Numbered from the whole stretch's first letter, positions 1 to 13,159 are shown. The stretch is 63,430 bases of DNA, filler included, from Dicyema japonicum (GCA_011109175.1; 4 parts of 4 records of this genome joined end to end with filler, not necessarily neighbours in it); one strand, 5' to 3'. Notes: generated from the sequence alone by a model not told the origin. A program made the numbers and translations.

Positions 1-296
1 AGTCCACCAAAAATAACAAGCATGTCCGATGTTGGTAGGAGGGTAATTGAGTTTTAGAAATGTCAACATTGGAAAGGTTTTTAGTTATCACATTCGTTTC
101 TCATTTTATAAAATTGAAAGACACAATTAATTATTCTAAAATTGTAAAAAGCAGGCGGCTATTTAAAAACAGAAAGCTTTTGCCGGTCGCTCTCTATAAT
201 ATCGAGGTTTGATGTCGTAGGAAGTTGATTGTGTGTCAAGTTAGTGTAAAATAGAATTATTTAATTAATCATAAAAAATTATTAAACAAATTTCAG

Positions 297-1431
297 TTAA
301 AGAGAAACACTAAGTGTTTTCCCTAGAATTTCTGAGCCTAAAAGTTGGCAATCATTGAGCTGATCCACTGCAACTATCGCTGATATGGGTTCTTCGAAAT
401 AAACAGCCCCAAAACCATTCCTTTTATTTTTATCAATCTAAATATAAATTTTATTAATAATATATGAACCATCAATTTGGATATTTCTCCAAATAATTTG
501 AACTTTTCAGCAATGAAAGTCTCAGGTAACTTCGGGTCAAAGTTCTTTACGATGACCATGGCTCCTTTTTCATTTTTTCGCGGTAACCTCCGATGGGAAT
601 GGTGCCGAAAAACAGATAAAACGGAATTATTAATCAACATACCATCCCGAGCATACATGGCCTAAAATATAAAGAAAAAAGACTACTTTTTCTGCCGAAA
701 CACTGTCGGTATAAGTGACAATACCGAATCTCTTTTCTTTTTCGCGATCAGAAATTTCAACGTTTATAAGATCCCCGAATTTTGAAAAAATATTGAAAAG
801 ATTTTTTTCAGTCATTTCTTTAATTCCATCGACTTTTAAACTCGTAGTAATTTGATGGTCAGGATAGAAAAACATGCATGTTCTAGACAGTAATTAACAG
901 TAATTATACAATATGTCATTTTCGTCAGTCATTGACCGGTCGAGATTTCTAACAGCTGTTTCGGCACTCTTATCTGCCGTGAATTGACAACGACAAACAT
1001 TTCCTTTTTCCGCATCGACAACCATCTACATGATATACATTTTTTAGTACTTGGACAGATTCAATTTTCCCGCAGGATTTTAAAAATTTCTCCATTTCGC
1101 TAAGTCCATACGAGCTAGACATCCCCCATAGTTGAATCCAACTCGTTCGTAAGTTAAATGTCTCCTTTACAAAGTGAAGTTTCCATCCATTGACAGGAAG
1201 TCCGTCCATGAGCTCAACTGCTTTATCGGCTATTGGATTGATTAGATATTTTAAAAATCTACCTTTCTGATGGTCTGAGAAGATGGCATAACGCAGCTCG
1301 TATTTATTAGGTGACTTTAATTCGATGAAGCCAGGAACATGCTTAAAAACTTTTTCAAGGTCCTCATTGGAGATTTCTTGTATTAAGTTTCTAACAAAAA
1401 GCTTCGAAGAAACAGCATTCGTGCAATTCAT
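297..1431 (-). CDS. Multi-exon RNA-binding protein with about 4 RRM domains (PABP/ELAV-like, no MLLE domain seen)
   Basis: Spliced reading gives RRM-type segments KLFVRNL, RFGIVTY, VIVKNFD and GNGFGAVYFEE...AVDQLND, ending TAA at 297-299. Five GT-AG introns of 24-33 nt join the ORF pieces. One extra A in a homopolymer is needed in the last exon. Confidence 0.75.
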
Positions 1432-1589
1432 TTTGTTTTCGACTAATACTGCGTCTATATATAGTCGATCGGCTAGTTACTTTCTGTCTATAATTAGATC
1501 GATATTTCGATTTTTTAATTAAATTTTATTGAATATCGATTTATCGATTTTTGAATGCTGAACTTAATTTTACATTTTAAATAAATACT

Positions 1590-2092
1590 GCAGAACAAGT
1601 ATCATTTATTGACAAGGCTTTACAATGCCTTCGTGAAGCCTGTTCTACTTTATAATTCCTCGACATGGGGGATCTCGGATACTGAACTGAAAACTATAGA
1701 CTTCTTCCACTGCAAGCAGCTGCGCATTCTACACGGACTTCACTGGCCATCTAAAATCAATAATCAGTCACTCTACAAACACTACACGGCTGTCTGCATA
1801 AATTGTGGCAGGCAGCTGGAAACTATTTGGGCACATCTTAAGACTGAGCACAGGCACTCCCGCAAATTTCTAAATGCACGAATACTTCATGAAGTATTGC
1901 GAAAAATATCGTGGACGACCGGGATCTATCCTCCGGCAGTTTTGGTGAAGGGATCTCAGCTCCGTTGGTAAGAACCGCAAAACGAAGATGACCTGGATTC
2001 TCTACGGGCTCTAACAGAGGGGGCTGGACTAGGATGGTTCAGAAGATTACCTCACTTGTTAGACGTGTGGGATTATAACTTAACTTAACTTA
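1590..2092 (+). mobile_element. RTE-like non-LTR retrotransposon 3' fragment
   Basis: RLYNAFVKPVLLYNSSTWG...FHCKQLRIL is a post-RT motif of RTE-type LINEs. Ends in a short (TAACT)n tail. Confidence 0.65.
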
Positions 2093-2397
2093 TGTTCCTA
2101 CTTTGATTTTGTTCCTAAGGAAAGTGTCTTGATATTAATATTAAATTGGTAACTTTTGAAAAAGCTTTTGATTTTATTTTTTATTTAAAAAAACAATTGG
2201 GTTGAAAATATTTATTTTGTTTGTAATATCAATTTTTTGAAAGAAAAATGTTTAGAATTCATCGATTTATTTATTGATTTTGCAAAGCTAGCTTTTTATT
2301 GTTTAATCGACTTGAGAACTTATTGATTAAAAGAATGAAAAATCGGTCTTTTTTCAAAGATTAATTGTTCTTTCATTTGTAATTAAATATGTGTGAT

Positions 2398-2690
2398 TCA
2401 ACTGTCGTGGCTCGTACGCCGAACATGTAATAAATCAGCGGAAGAGGAGTGTGAGGATCCTTAAAAGCTTGACCAGGTTCCATCTGGGTCCGGAAACGTA
2501 CATCTACGTGTACAGAACGTGTGTACAGCGAGTCCTCACATACGGCTACGAGGGCTGGTTCGGTACGGAGGAGAGTGACTATCTTATCGAACAGTTGGAA
2601 AAGACAAGACGTTTCGCACTGAAACTGGCTTACGGAGAACAACTTTACGGTAGGCTAGAAGACTCGCAAGAATCCTCTGTTCCCACGATC
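2398..2690 (+). mobile_element. Fragment of the same LINE family as 49829-53535
   Basis: Near-identical to about 53083-53375 (RILKSLTRFHLGPETYIYVYRTC...). Cut by an N gap. Confidence 0.9.
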
Positions 2691-3034
2691 NNNNNNNNNN
2701 NNNNNNNNNNNNNNNNNNNNNNNNNNNNNNNNNNNNNNNNNNNNNNNNNNNNNNNNAAAAAAATTTCAACTAAAATAAATTTTATTTTTTATTAATTATT
2801 GTTTAATTATCTTAATTATTAATGGCAAACCTATACATTCACTTGAATCAATTAACAGCATGATCAGAAACTTTCCTATGAAGAAAAAAACTATTGATGA
2901 TTATTTTCATTAATTTTTTTAAATAATTTGAGAATTTCTTAACTTTTTTACAATTTTAAATTATTTAATTTTTGAATAATTAATCATAATTCAATTACGT
3001 ATATAATTTTCAATTTTTGGTAAACAACCGGAAG

Positions 3035-3122
3035 TGCAAAACCTCTATTGCTCGCCAAATTCTAAATCTCGCCACGATTTGGTCGGTCCCAAAAAATGGC
3101 GAGATTTAGAGGTTTGACTGTA
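3035..3122. mobile_element. pogo/Tigger-like terminal sequence
   Basis: Ends GAGGTTTGACTG|TA (reverse CAGTCAAACCTC after TA) and contains the inverted repeat ctaaatctcgcca / tggcgagatttag. Confidence 0.5.
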
Positions 3123-3429
3123 GTGGGAAATTTAGGAGATCATTGAATTTCCTATTAATGAAAGTCTCTGAACGGCGATAAAGAAAATTTAGCTTGTAAC
3201 CCGAACTTGTAAGTTCATTAAATTCATTGAAAATCGAATTCGTTGTTAAAAATCGAAAAAATGACAAATTAAGAAAATAAGATCAACCAGAAAAATTTTG
3301 TCTAAAATTTTGTAGTATCTCAATAGTTTAAATTTCAACGTTTTATAGTAATAGAATAAACAAAGATTCAAAAATTAGTTTATTTAAAGTAAAAAAATGC
3401 TAAATATAAATTTATAGGGTTTTACTAGC

Positions 3430-3926
3430 TTTAAAGTCATTAAACTTCAGAGCATTAACGTTTATGTAAGCAAGCATTAACGTTTCAGAGCATTGAAGTT
3501 ATGTAAGCAAGCATTAACGTTTTCCGGAAATTAACTAAAAGTTGTGTTAGAGTAAGAGCTTTATATGAACACAAAAAGAAATGCAATATCCGTTTCAACA
3601 AAAAAACTAATTGTGGAACATTCATACATGATTAGTTTGGTTGATGATAATTAACACTATCAAATTTAAAGGACATGTGTTTTTCTGAATATAGGATAAA
3701 TACCAGTCTGAGTACAATTAATAGATGTCTTTGAGATTTTTCTTTAAATGTGGAAACGTTTAAAAAATGTCTGATAAAACTCAAAGAAATCTGCTGTAAA
3801 ATTTATGATATGACGAATCCATTATTTATAATGGATTAATATTGAATATCTACCACCCTACTCTCCTTTCTTAAATCCCATTGAGAGTATATTTTCTGTA
3901 TGGAAGCATCTTGTTATTTCTGAAAA
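3430..3926 (+). mobile_element. Tc1/IS630-like transposase relic
   Basis: 3841-3915 translates as IEYLPPYSPFLNPIESIFSVWKHLV, the Tc1/IS630 C-terminal catalytic motif. Short repeats (agcattaacg) lie upstream. Confidence 0.7.
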
Positions 3927-4960
3927 TGTCAACAGCGAATTGAAGCTTGAAAAAGTTCAATACTGAATATGTCGCGAGCCGAGAGTGAAACCGAGCCAAG
4001 GGTGAAACCATGACAGGTGTCATAACACTGACAGCCGTCATAAGTCGCCATAAAATAATAATCCACGTTAAAATAATTACTTTGGTCTAATGGCCCATAC
4101 CAGGATGTTTGTTGAACATGATCCAGACTAAAACTTGCTGAAATCCATCCTTGTGTGCAAGACGTGGATATCTCGAAAGCTAGAAAGTTCCGACTAAAAA
4201 AGAAAGCTGGAAATTTCATTCTTATTGACGGAAAGTTGCGAAATACTAATCGATTTCGCAAGCTTGTTATTGCTTTAACAAGCACAGAAGAAATGAAAAT
4301 TATTGCTCAAGAAATCCACGAAACAAACCATTGTGAGCATAATGCTCTGGATGCACTTTGCAGAAGGAGATTTTTCGTAATCAAGCAAAATATCATTCGT
4401 CAAGTCGTAAGTGAGTGCAATATATACAATTTTGCTGTGCCACTGAAACAGTATGACGATTCGAGTCATATTGTCGCTGATTTACCTAATGAAAGGTTTC
4501 AAGTCGATTTGATTGATCCTAAACGGTTTAAACTTTAATAGTTATTATTGTAGATTTGAGAATCAAAATGATCATTTTTCTTGGTTATTGTCTGTAGTAG
4601 ATATATATTCAAAATATGCATTCACCATAGGGTTGCCAACTGTCCCGGAATTGACGTCCGGAGTCCCGTGTCCCGGGCTGAGTCATTTATGTCCCGGAAT
4701 TCGATGATAGCTGGTGAATTTCACCAGGAACCTACTGAACAAAAGTGGAAGAGAAATTGCCAATAAATTAGAAGAAATTTTCATGGATCACGAGCCTTGT
4801 AAATACTTGCAATGACACGGGGTTCAAGAATCACCATAATGCCACGAAGTTCAAGAATTACCATATCAAAAAACTCTGTCAAGAGTACAGAATTAATTCA
4901 AATTCATGGACGACCCAACATCCCCAAAGTCAAGGGATTTTTGAAAGATTCAATCAGAGA
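3927..4960 (+). mobile_element. Ginger-like (Gypsy-integrase-related) transposase pseudogene
   Basis: HHCC-like H..NH...C, ERFQVDLID, LSVVDIYSKYAF and HGRP.HPQSQG.FERFNQ (4897-4960). Possible TGTCAAC terminus at 3927. 28-nt intron at 4526-4553. A hAT-like end (TAGGGTTGCCAAC) is inserted at about 4628. Confidence 0.65.
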
Positions 4961-4984
4961 AAGATGATTTATTTAAACCTAAAT

Positions 4985-6730
4985 GAGGGAAGAAAAGCGT
5001 TTTGGAATTAACTTAATCGGCAAGCAAGCCGAATAGAACAGCTGTTACCACGCACACGACCAACAGGATCCTCTGCATTAGGAAAGTACATTTCTTAGTA
5101 GCCTTTGAGCGTAATGAAAAGAGGTCGCCAAGTTTTTTCAGATAATTAACTGTCTTTGCGCCAAAACACACGAAGTCTCAACAACAATTGGCCATAACCA
5201 AAAAACCGTATAACAAGCGATGATATTTCTAATTTTTGAGAATTGAAATAAGGCAGGGTCCGGATCAATATCTGCAAGTTTATCACAAAGAGAAGAAAAG
5301 GCATTTCTCTTGGAATTAAGAATACGAATGACGGATTGGTCGTGGATCGGAGCACCCAAGATTTCGAGATCAACAGTAGAAGTATTCCCTCAGTTCGGGG
5401 CAAAAGGCCTCGAAACTAAACAAAATGTTTTCAAAGCTGACACGATCGATGTTAAGATTTACAATTTGAGAGAATTAATTTCGAAACCAATGGATGACAA
5501 AACGGGGATTAGAGATTCCCAAGTCGTTTAGCAAAATATCGGGCGGACCACCGATAGTAACAATCATCCAAATACCAAATATTAAGAGGCGACGTATTTC
5601 TTACGGGCAACAAAATCTACGGAAAGGGTAAACAATAATGGACCCCATGGATCGCTATGCTGCACACCACAAGAAGAAGAAATAAGGAATCACCCGCCAA
5701 AGGCTCGGGTACCCATATGAAAGAAAAACAAATAGCAGCAATGAAGGAAATTCTGTCTTTACAAACCTCAAGTAGATGCTTTCTGTTGAGAGAATTGAAC
5801 GCAGTCTTAACATCCAATTTTAATAATAGCCGGGGCTGTTCAGAGAGACGATTTCAATAAATACCGTTATGCGTGGACCGAGACCTCGCACCCCAGACAC
5901 GCCAACTGAATGGGATGGATTTCGGTTACTAATAGATGGAATTACCAGCTTGTGTACCCGACTTTTGCAAACAAACGACGGAAAACGTTCCCGACGGAAA
6001 TAGGCCTAATGCCGCCGTCTTTTTCGTTCGCAATTATCGAGCTTCCTATCGAATTCCCATCAGAATTCCCAGATCTGCCCGTTTTTCTGCGGCGAAGGCT
6101 TTAATAGAGTCGGTCATTTGTGACCAAACCATTCCGAATTGGAACCGATTGTTCTGCTTTGCAATATTTGCCCTCGCCTCCCCAGTTCAGGTTTCGTGCT
6201 GGAACAAATCCCTTTCCTCTTCCATCAAAGGAAAGATAAATAAGTTCATGAAGGAATCCTTCATTCTGCCTCCTCTTATGGGCAAGTCAAAAAAATCAAC
6301 TCCAACCATTCCTAAAGACAACTCCATTCGGTTACGCAAACGCATCAACTCCTGCTTAATGGCGCAAGACGTCGGTTCTGGGGTCCGTATTCTTTCATCT
6401 TCCGATTCCGTCCGCACCATTACTCCGGATGTAGTCAAAATTCTCAGCTCTAAGCACCCGACTGGGAATGTGCCTAACTTTTGTGCCCAAACTCCTGAGG
6501 GGGTCACGATTGCTTCTTCGTCTGTCCAACAACTTCTGTTTGCTCTGAAATCGTTCAGAGTCAATAGTAGTAGTGGTGTTGATGGTCTCCGTCCCATTCA
6601 CTTAATCGACCTCATTTCCGATACTGCCGAGGCTGGAAACCGTCTTTCACAATCTATCACCAAGCTATTTAACTTATTTTTCCGCAGGGATATATCTGAG
6701 CATGCTAGATTGCTTTTCTTCCCTGACAAG
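4985..6730. mobile_element. CRE-clade non-LTR retrotransposon with an inverted 5' segment
   Basis: Minus strand about 6035 to 4985 reads EKDGGIRPISVGNVFRRL, LDVKTAFNSL, WYLDD and a 3' RGNSCSI end. Plus strand about 6040-6730 holds the upstream region (SSGVDGLRPIHL). Confidence 0.7.
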
Positions 6731-6732
6731 GN

Positions 6733-7790
6733 GCTTGCCACAAACGACGTGGCACGGACAAAGAGAAAACTCTGTCGGGGAGTCCGTGAATATATATAAT
6801 CAAATCGACTACATTATATGCCGAAAGTCTGATAAACACGTTTTAAATCATGCACGTTCTACCAGGGACAACAACACATCTTCATTGCAAAACTTTGTGT
6901 AAAAAACACCTGACTGGGAAAAAATACATTGAAAACGCGAAGAAGGCGAGACAAAGACCCGATGTATACTTTCAGACAGAAAAATTGTGGTTAAAGCCCA
7001 CCTGTAAAGCTAAATATCACGAACAAATCAAGACTTTTATGAAGAAAACCGCACCGGAATAATCAGTACGAACTCTGTGGGACCAAACAAAAAGGTAATT
7101 CCAAATCGGCCAATATTGTGTTGGAGTCTGAAATTATCACGCCCTATAATTGGATCACCACCCGAACGTGCCAAATATGGCAAAGCATTGCAGAGAGCTA
7201 TGGCTAAAAGCGGCAAACACGTCAGACGAGAATAAAAAAAGTGCTTAATATCCAACAAAGGGAACTAAAGTGGAAAATCAAAAAATGAACAGAAAACACC
7301 ACGGGAAAATTATATCCCTATTTAAAGATGTAGGAATGCCTAAAAGGACAAACACCTTCACATCAAACTCAAAGATGGAAAATTGTGGTAACTGGAAGAA
7401 AAAGCAGACGATTGATTGCACGCACTTCGAAACACTATTGAATAAAGAAAATAAGGACCTTCCCCCTTTCCAAAAATAACAAAGGCGTAAAAATCCCAAT
7501 CACAATAGAAGAGGTGAAATTAACTTGAAAATAAACTGAGAACAACAACCTGAGCTCCTAAAATATGTGCCAAAAAAACTTAGCGACACAATTGCAAAAA
7601 CCCTTAATGACATCTTTGAAACTAACACATCTAGGAATTGGAAATGGATTATTAATACCCATACAAAAACCGAACAAATCAAAAGGACCAGTAGAAAATC
7701 TCCGCCCGATGATACTTCTGAATTCGATACGCAAGGTGCTGGCAAACATTGCACTAAGCCGAGTCGCCCTGCTGTCAATATATCTCTGTG
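6733..7790 (+). mobile_element. RTE-like LINE fragment (end of APE to start of RT)
   Basis: NQIDYIICR and GLLIPIQKPNK.KGPVENLRPMILLNSIRKVLA. Confidence 0.7.
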
Positions 7791-8480
7791 AGATCCTCCC
7801 ATCTGATCACAACCCCATTTTGATTGAAATTGAACTACAAATCACCACGGGATATTAAAAAAGAAGACATTTATCAAATACAGGCATCGGAGATGGGATG
7901 AGTATCAACTACTTACGGAACAATCCTTCCTAAACTGCCTCTTCGTTTAATTCATTGGAATCTGCTTTAGAATTCTTTAACACTTGCATCAAAGCAGCAG
8001 ATAAGAAATGTTCTTCGAGGATTCATTGAGGCTTTCTCCTGTATTCACGGAGAGATCATCGATTGCATACACAAGATACGTAAATTCAAGAGAAAATCAG
8101 ATGTGACTTATCAATAAGACCGCTAGAATAATACAAATAGCAAGCTCATTTCATATCAGAAAAACTGTAAAATGGAACTCTTTCATCTCGTCTATTGATT
8201 CAAGGGCAAAAACAAATTCCAAAAGATTTAATCAGACAATCACAAGGTACAATATCTATCTGTTTCAAGGTATCGTGGAAAGGTTTAAACAATCTTTGAG
8301 ACGAAATCTTTCAAAGCTGAAGAGTAAACAATCAACTAAAAACTTGATCCAATTTATTAAACGAAGCACTTTTATATATAACAAAACTATTCATTCTTCT
8401 ATAAACGAAACACCATTTAAAAAACTGAGAGGAGTTTCTGATATAAACACCGTCATTCATAAGTATGAAAGTTTTTTTTA
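7790..8480 (+). mobile_element. APE-linker LINE fragment followed by an integrase C-terminal fragment
   Basis: LPSDHNPILIEI at about 7797-7835, then QGIVERFKQSLRR...YNKTIHSSINETPF at about 8266-8420. Confidence 0.6.
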
Positions 8481-9249
8481 ATTTTTTTTGAATTTCAAAG
8501 AAAGTAAGATGATTTCACTGTCATCTGAGGATTTGGATATAGAAAATATTTTAGAAGTTTCAAATGAATTTGTATAAAGTATGCTAAATAATTTTCTATT
8601 AATTTTTTCTCCGCCGAATTTAAATTGTCGTATGTTAAACGGATGAATAAAAATGAATGTTTAATTATAACTGTTTATGCTTAACTTCACATGACGTTGC
8701 TTCTTCTTTGCGTTTCACTTTTTTCGCTGCTTCTCTGCATATTGTTATCTATTTAATGCCTTTTGTTATCTATTAATGTGATAGTTATCTATATAATTGG
8801 TGTGTTTGTGCACCAAAAACTCCCCTAGCTCAGAATAACAAAATAAAAACAAAGAAGATACCACAAAATCCTAGAAAATAAAACTCCAAAAATTTAAAAA
8901 ATTATAACAAAAAATAAAAAAATTATATCAAAAAAACTAAATAAAATACAAAAAATTATAAAAAAAAGTTTTTTGGCTTATTTTTAGAGAGCGAGTGCTT
9001 TTCACATGGACAGCTGTACGGACGACAAACATCGTTTATCAACAGGTGTTATTTAAACTTGTGATTGAATCACAGCTGACATGTAGCCACCATTCGTGTG
9101 GGACGCGACAAAATAAATTATAAAGAAATAGATAATAAATAATAAGGAGATTAAAAATTTATATTTTGCAGGAATTGAATAAAATTTTGATCAAGACTAA
9201 ACATCCAAGAAAATAAAGTCTATAAATTATAAAATATAATAAAATGAGT

Positions 9250-10370
9250 GTATAGAATAGAAACGTAAAACAAATCTTAAAAAATGCATTCAATTGATCT
9301 TAAATTGTCAATAAAATCGACACAATTTAACTTGTAAAATAACTTTTTTCAAGATATTTTACATGTCCACAATATTTAATCTGCAATAAAATGCATTTAC
9401 AAATTTATCTTTAAAAAAAGGTTGAATAAAAAATGATAATAGAAATTCGAAAACATTAACAGCACACCAACAGAACAGCGTTCAAAACATGCTAATGAAA
9501 ATAATTCGATATTTTTATTTATTCAAAAAAATAAATATTTATAGAAAATATATAAGTTAAAATTCGAATATTGATCATATAAGTCGATTTCTGAATAACT
9601 TTTAAAATAAGAGCTGAAAATCTACGCTGGACCATTACCATATACTCATGACAGCCAGAAATAGCATTTTTGTGTCTCCTAATATCAATAATATTCTCAT
9701 TGATTTGCTGGAATATAACCTGGTTCACATAAATGTCAAATCATTTGCAACGTTTGTCGATTTAGAAATTATGTACCAATTATAAAAATTAATTCATAAA
9801 ATTCGACATTGTTGACACGATAGCTCAATGATTAGCATTCATTGTGATTTAACCATTTTTGTGTTCATTTGATCCAATTTATATATTATTGATGCTTGCA
9901 AAATCAAAAATTCACCAAACTTTGCATATTAAAAATAGCTCATAACCATTTGTGTGTACAAAGATTATAGAATTTGTTTCAAAGACAACAAAATTCAGAC
10001 TAGCTAACTTTGCTAGCCATTTGAGCTCTTTGAAAAATTAGATACAATTAAATTTACCTTGGATCTTTATGAATGAATTTAATACTTACCTACACACCGT
10101 TCGCATCATAGTAAATCTAGAAACAATTTCTGATTCATCTAATTTTTGTTGGCAAAATGTTGTCAAACGATCTATTATAGCATCTAAAAATCCTTACCAA
10201 CGGAAATTTTATGTTTCTTAGACAACTTGTGGAGGTTAAGAAAATGCCCTTTTGAGCACTTCGCTGTCGTTAAACATAATTTACAAAATAACTTATGTTA
10301 TTATTTAATTGAAATTCTTTAGGAAATTCGTTGACAATTAATGTTGCTTTAGTTAGAGAGATGGCAGAGG
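9250..10370 (-). other. Possible degenerate multi-exon gene of unknown function
   Basis: Several 24-31 nt GT...AG segments on the minus strand (e.g. gtaagtattaaattcattcataaag) between short Cys-containing reading frames. I could not reconstruct a continuous CDS. Confidence 0.3.
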
Positions 10371-10789
10371 AAAAAAGGTTTAAACTACATGCTGCTAAAT
10401 ATTTAATTAATAGTAAAATAATAATTTGTTGAAAAAATGAAACAATTAAGGTAAATTAGCCTTAAAATTTATTTTTTAACTTTATTATTTTTGAAAATAC
10501 AGTAAACTCGGATTCGAAAATTTTGCCGTTTCAAGAGAGTTGTTTATCGATTTTTAATTATTTTTTTATGAACACATGACAAATTTTTTATTATAAAAAT
10601 CAGTAATTTTACTTTTTATCTAGATTTTCTTAGTTTTTTACAAATATTTTTCAACGTGTTTAAAGTTTCCATGTCTATCACATTCACATTAAAATAGTTA
10701 CTATGAAATGAAAAATGAGTGAAAAAATATTGAACCCATTAATGNGTTTTTTTGGGCAATAAAAAGAATTCAATTCAAAAAATCTAAAA

Positions 10790-11486
10790 TTATGTATTTC
10801 TAAATTGACGATGAAAAGCGTCAAAAATCTGGCTAGCCTTTGTGGTTCCCAACCCCTGACACAAACTGAGTTGTTCCACACTAGCCTGAGCAATGCCCTC
10901 CAAGTCGGTAAAGAAATTAAGTAGAGTTTTGGCATCAGTCTTATTGACTCCCTTAATCGCAGTCAACACATCGATCACCAAGCAAATACAACAGAAGATT
11001 ACTGCGGTGTGTACGTCTTCTGCTTTTTTTGGCATAATTATCCCCGGAGGCTTTTTTTCAAATATTTTATAAGTCTAGACATAGCGGGCAGCCTCCTCCG
11101 AACTAAAGTATGGCGATTATTCTGACCTCCAGCAAACGATCATGCTAAAATCGGCCAATATCGATATTTGAGCCAACTCCGACAAGGCCGAGTCCGGATC
11201 GTCCTATCACGTGTTGCCCAATGAGAACCGAGTCGATTTTGACTAGCAAGACTTTAATTTTGAATCCTCTCTCGACAGAGTTGATTCTCTGATGGATATA
11301 TCGGCGTCTTCCCATGTGAAAGCGGAGACTTAAATATAAAATGCAAGTGCTGGGGGGAATCACGTAGTCTGCGGAGATTGCCTGATACTCCCAAGGCACG
11401 GCTGTGATGTAGTTCAGCAGGGGATTGCCACATCTTCAATATCAGACAGCTTCAATTACTTGGTTGTGATTCACGTGGATACTCAT
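10790..11486 (-). pseudogene. ERCC1: ERCC1 copy A (disabled)
   Basis: GNPLLNYI, VPWEY, LYLSLRFH, VNKTDAKTLL and CQGLGTTKA match ERCC1. Has an in-frame TAG at 11075-11077 (CAG in copy B) and an extra base near 11432. Confidence 0.8.
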
Positions 11487-11613
11487 TTATTATTTGTATT
11501 TAATCCACAACGACGTTCATAGCTAATTTAAATTAATTAATAATCCTGATCATATGCGTTGAAGCCCCAACCGTCGTGTTTTGGAAAGGAATTGAAACTG
11601 GATATCTCCTGCT

Positions 11614-12140
11614 ATGATCGTCATGTGGTTCACCTTCTCGTGGAGACGATTGGATGCTGATTCTCCATCAGCAACAAACAGAACCAACTTTTCCCCCTTG
11701 CCAACCAACCTGTCAACGGTTTGGTTGGTAGTGGCTACGGGACGAGCGTCAAGCTTACGTTCCCTGATTCTATTGTTGATTCGGTGTGGATATGTGGAAC
11801 AAAACCCTGGACCTGAGCCTATTAGAACACTAACCATCCTTCAATTGAACATCAACGGGATTTCTAAGAAATGCAATGACCTACGCTATTTTCTACACAC
11901 GAACTCTATTGATATAGCTCTTATTAAAGAGACCAAACTTACTCCAAAATCCAAAACCCCCCGTTTCAAGGGATATTCCACCATTCGTCATGACCGCCTC
12001 TCTGGAAAGCCTGGCGGTGGTCTTATTACTCTAATTCACGGGGCCATTCCTTTTGCAGATTCAACTGCCACATTAAATCTCTCTTAACTAATGATCGATT
12101 TACCGAAATTTCATCTATTCAGATTAACATTAACAAGATA
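11614..12140 (+). mobile_element. Non-LTR retrotransposon 5' fragment: 2A-like peptide plus APE endonuclease
   Basis: LILLLIRCGYVEQNPGP followed by ILQLNINGI, DIALIKETKL and DR...GGGLITLI (APE motifs). Confidence 0.8.
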
Positions 12141-12496
12141 TGTGAATTAATTTTGAAATTAACTAAAAACTAATAGCTAAGGCGTTTGCCCTTAACTATG
12201 GCGATAGAGATCCTCTCGATGAGTCTAGAGAACTCCTCGATTTAAATCGGCAAAGAAATATTCCAGTTTCCACTTTTTTTGAAAAGATCTGCATTCTGTA
12301 TCAACTTTGCGTTTTGTTGAAAAAGACATCAGCACAAGACAAGAAAACAATTAGAATAATATAAATCCAAAAAAACAATTAATTATTTTTAATTAATAAT
12401 TTTTTATTTTTATTTATATTCTAGAATCAAGATTCTTGTATTTTATTTGGTGTTAAATAATGATTCAAGATTTTAAATACACTTTTAAACTTATTT

Positions 12497-12698
12497 CGCG
12501 GGCCATATGAGATCGTCGGCGGGCCAGACCTGGCCCGCGGGCCGTATCTTTGACACCCCCGCGATAGAGGATCTGAAAAATGAACTGAAAATCATATGGA
12601 ATGAAATTAAAATTGAAGAAAATAAAAGTTTTAATTGAATCAATGCCAAAAAGAGTAGATGCTGTACTAAAATCTCGAGGGAAAAACATTAAATACTA
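12497..12698 (+). mobile_element. hAT (Charlie-type) terminus followed by a Tc1 transposase C-terminus
   Basis: GC-rich cgcgggcc...ggcccgcgggccg...gacaccccc end, then LIESMPKRVDAVLKSRGKNIKY*. Confidence 0.55.
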
Positions 12699-13159
12699 GA
12701 AAGTATTATAATCTTTTGTTACATGACAAAAATTATTATTATGTTTTGGTACATGACAATATATTTTTAGCATGTAATATATTTTCAAGAATTAATTTTT
12801 TTAAGAATGGTTAGATAAGTCAATTTAGAAATTACATGCTAAAAATTAACACTTAAAAAATTGATAAGTAGAGATACAAATGATTTATTGATAAATTTGC
12901 CAATATTATAATGTTTTGGTACAGACTGTAGTGTGTAGAATTGTCATTGGAATTATAATGAGATTTTCTTACGAAACAAAGATCCTTTGGGGTAGGAAGG
13001 TGACTGATTTTTGCATAATGACGATTAAAATGTTGGCTTGATCCCGGAAAGATAGGACAGATTTTTTGGTCGAGATACCAGTGGCATGTGAGAGGGGACA
13101 TGTTTGTCTCGTGTGAATTTTCCTGAGGGTTCTCAAGAAAACACGGGATCAAGTATGTG

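Noticed and set aside
11075-11077. TAG read as Gln (alternative genetic code)
   Set aside because: It occurs in only one ERCC1 copy, which has another lesion. Other genes show no in-frame TAR once introns are removed and they end in TAA or TGA.
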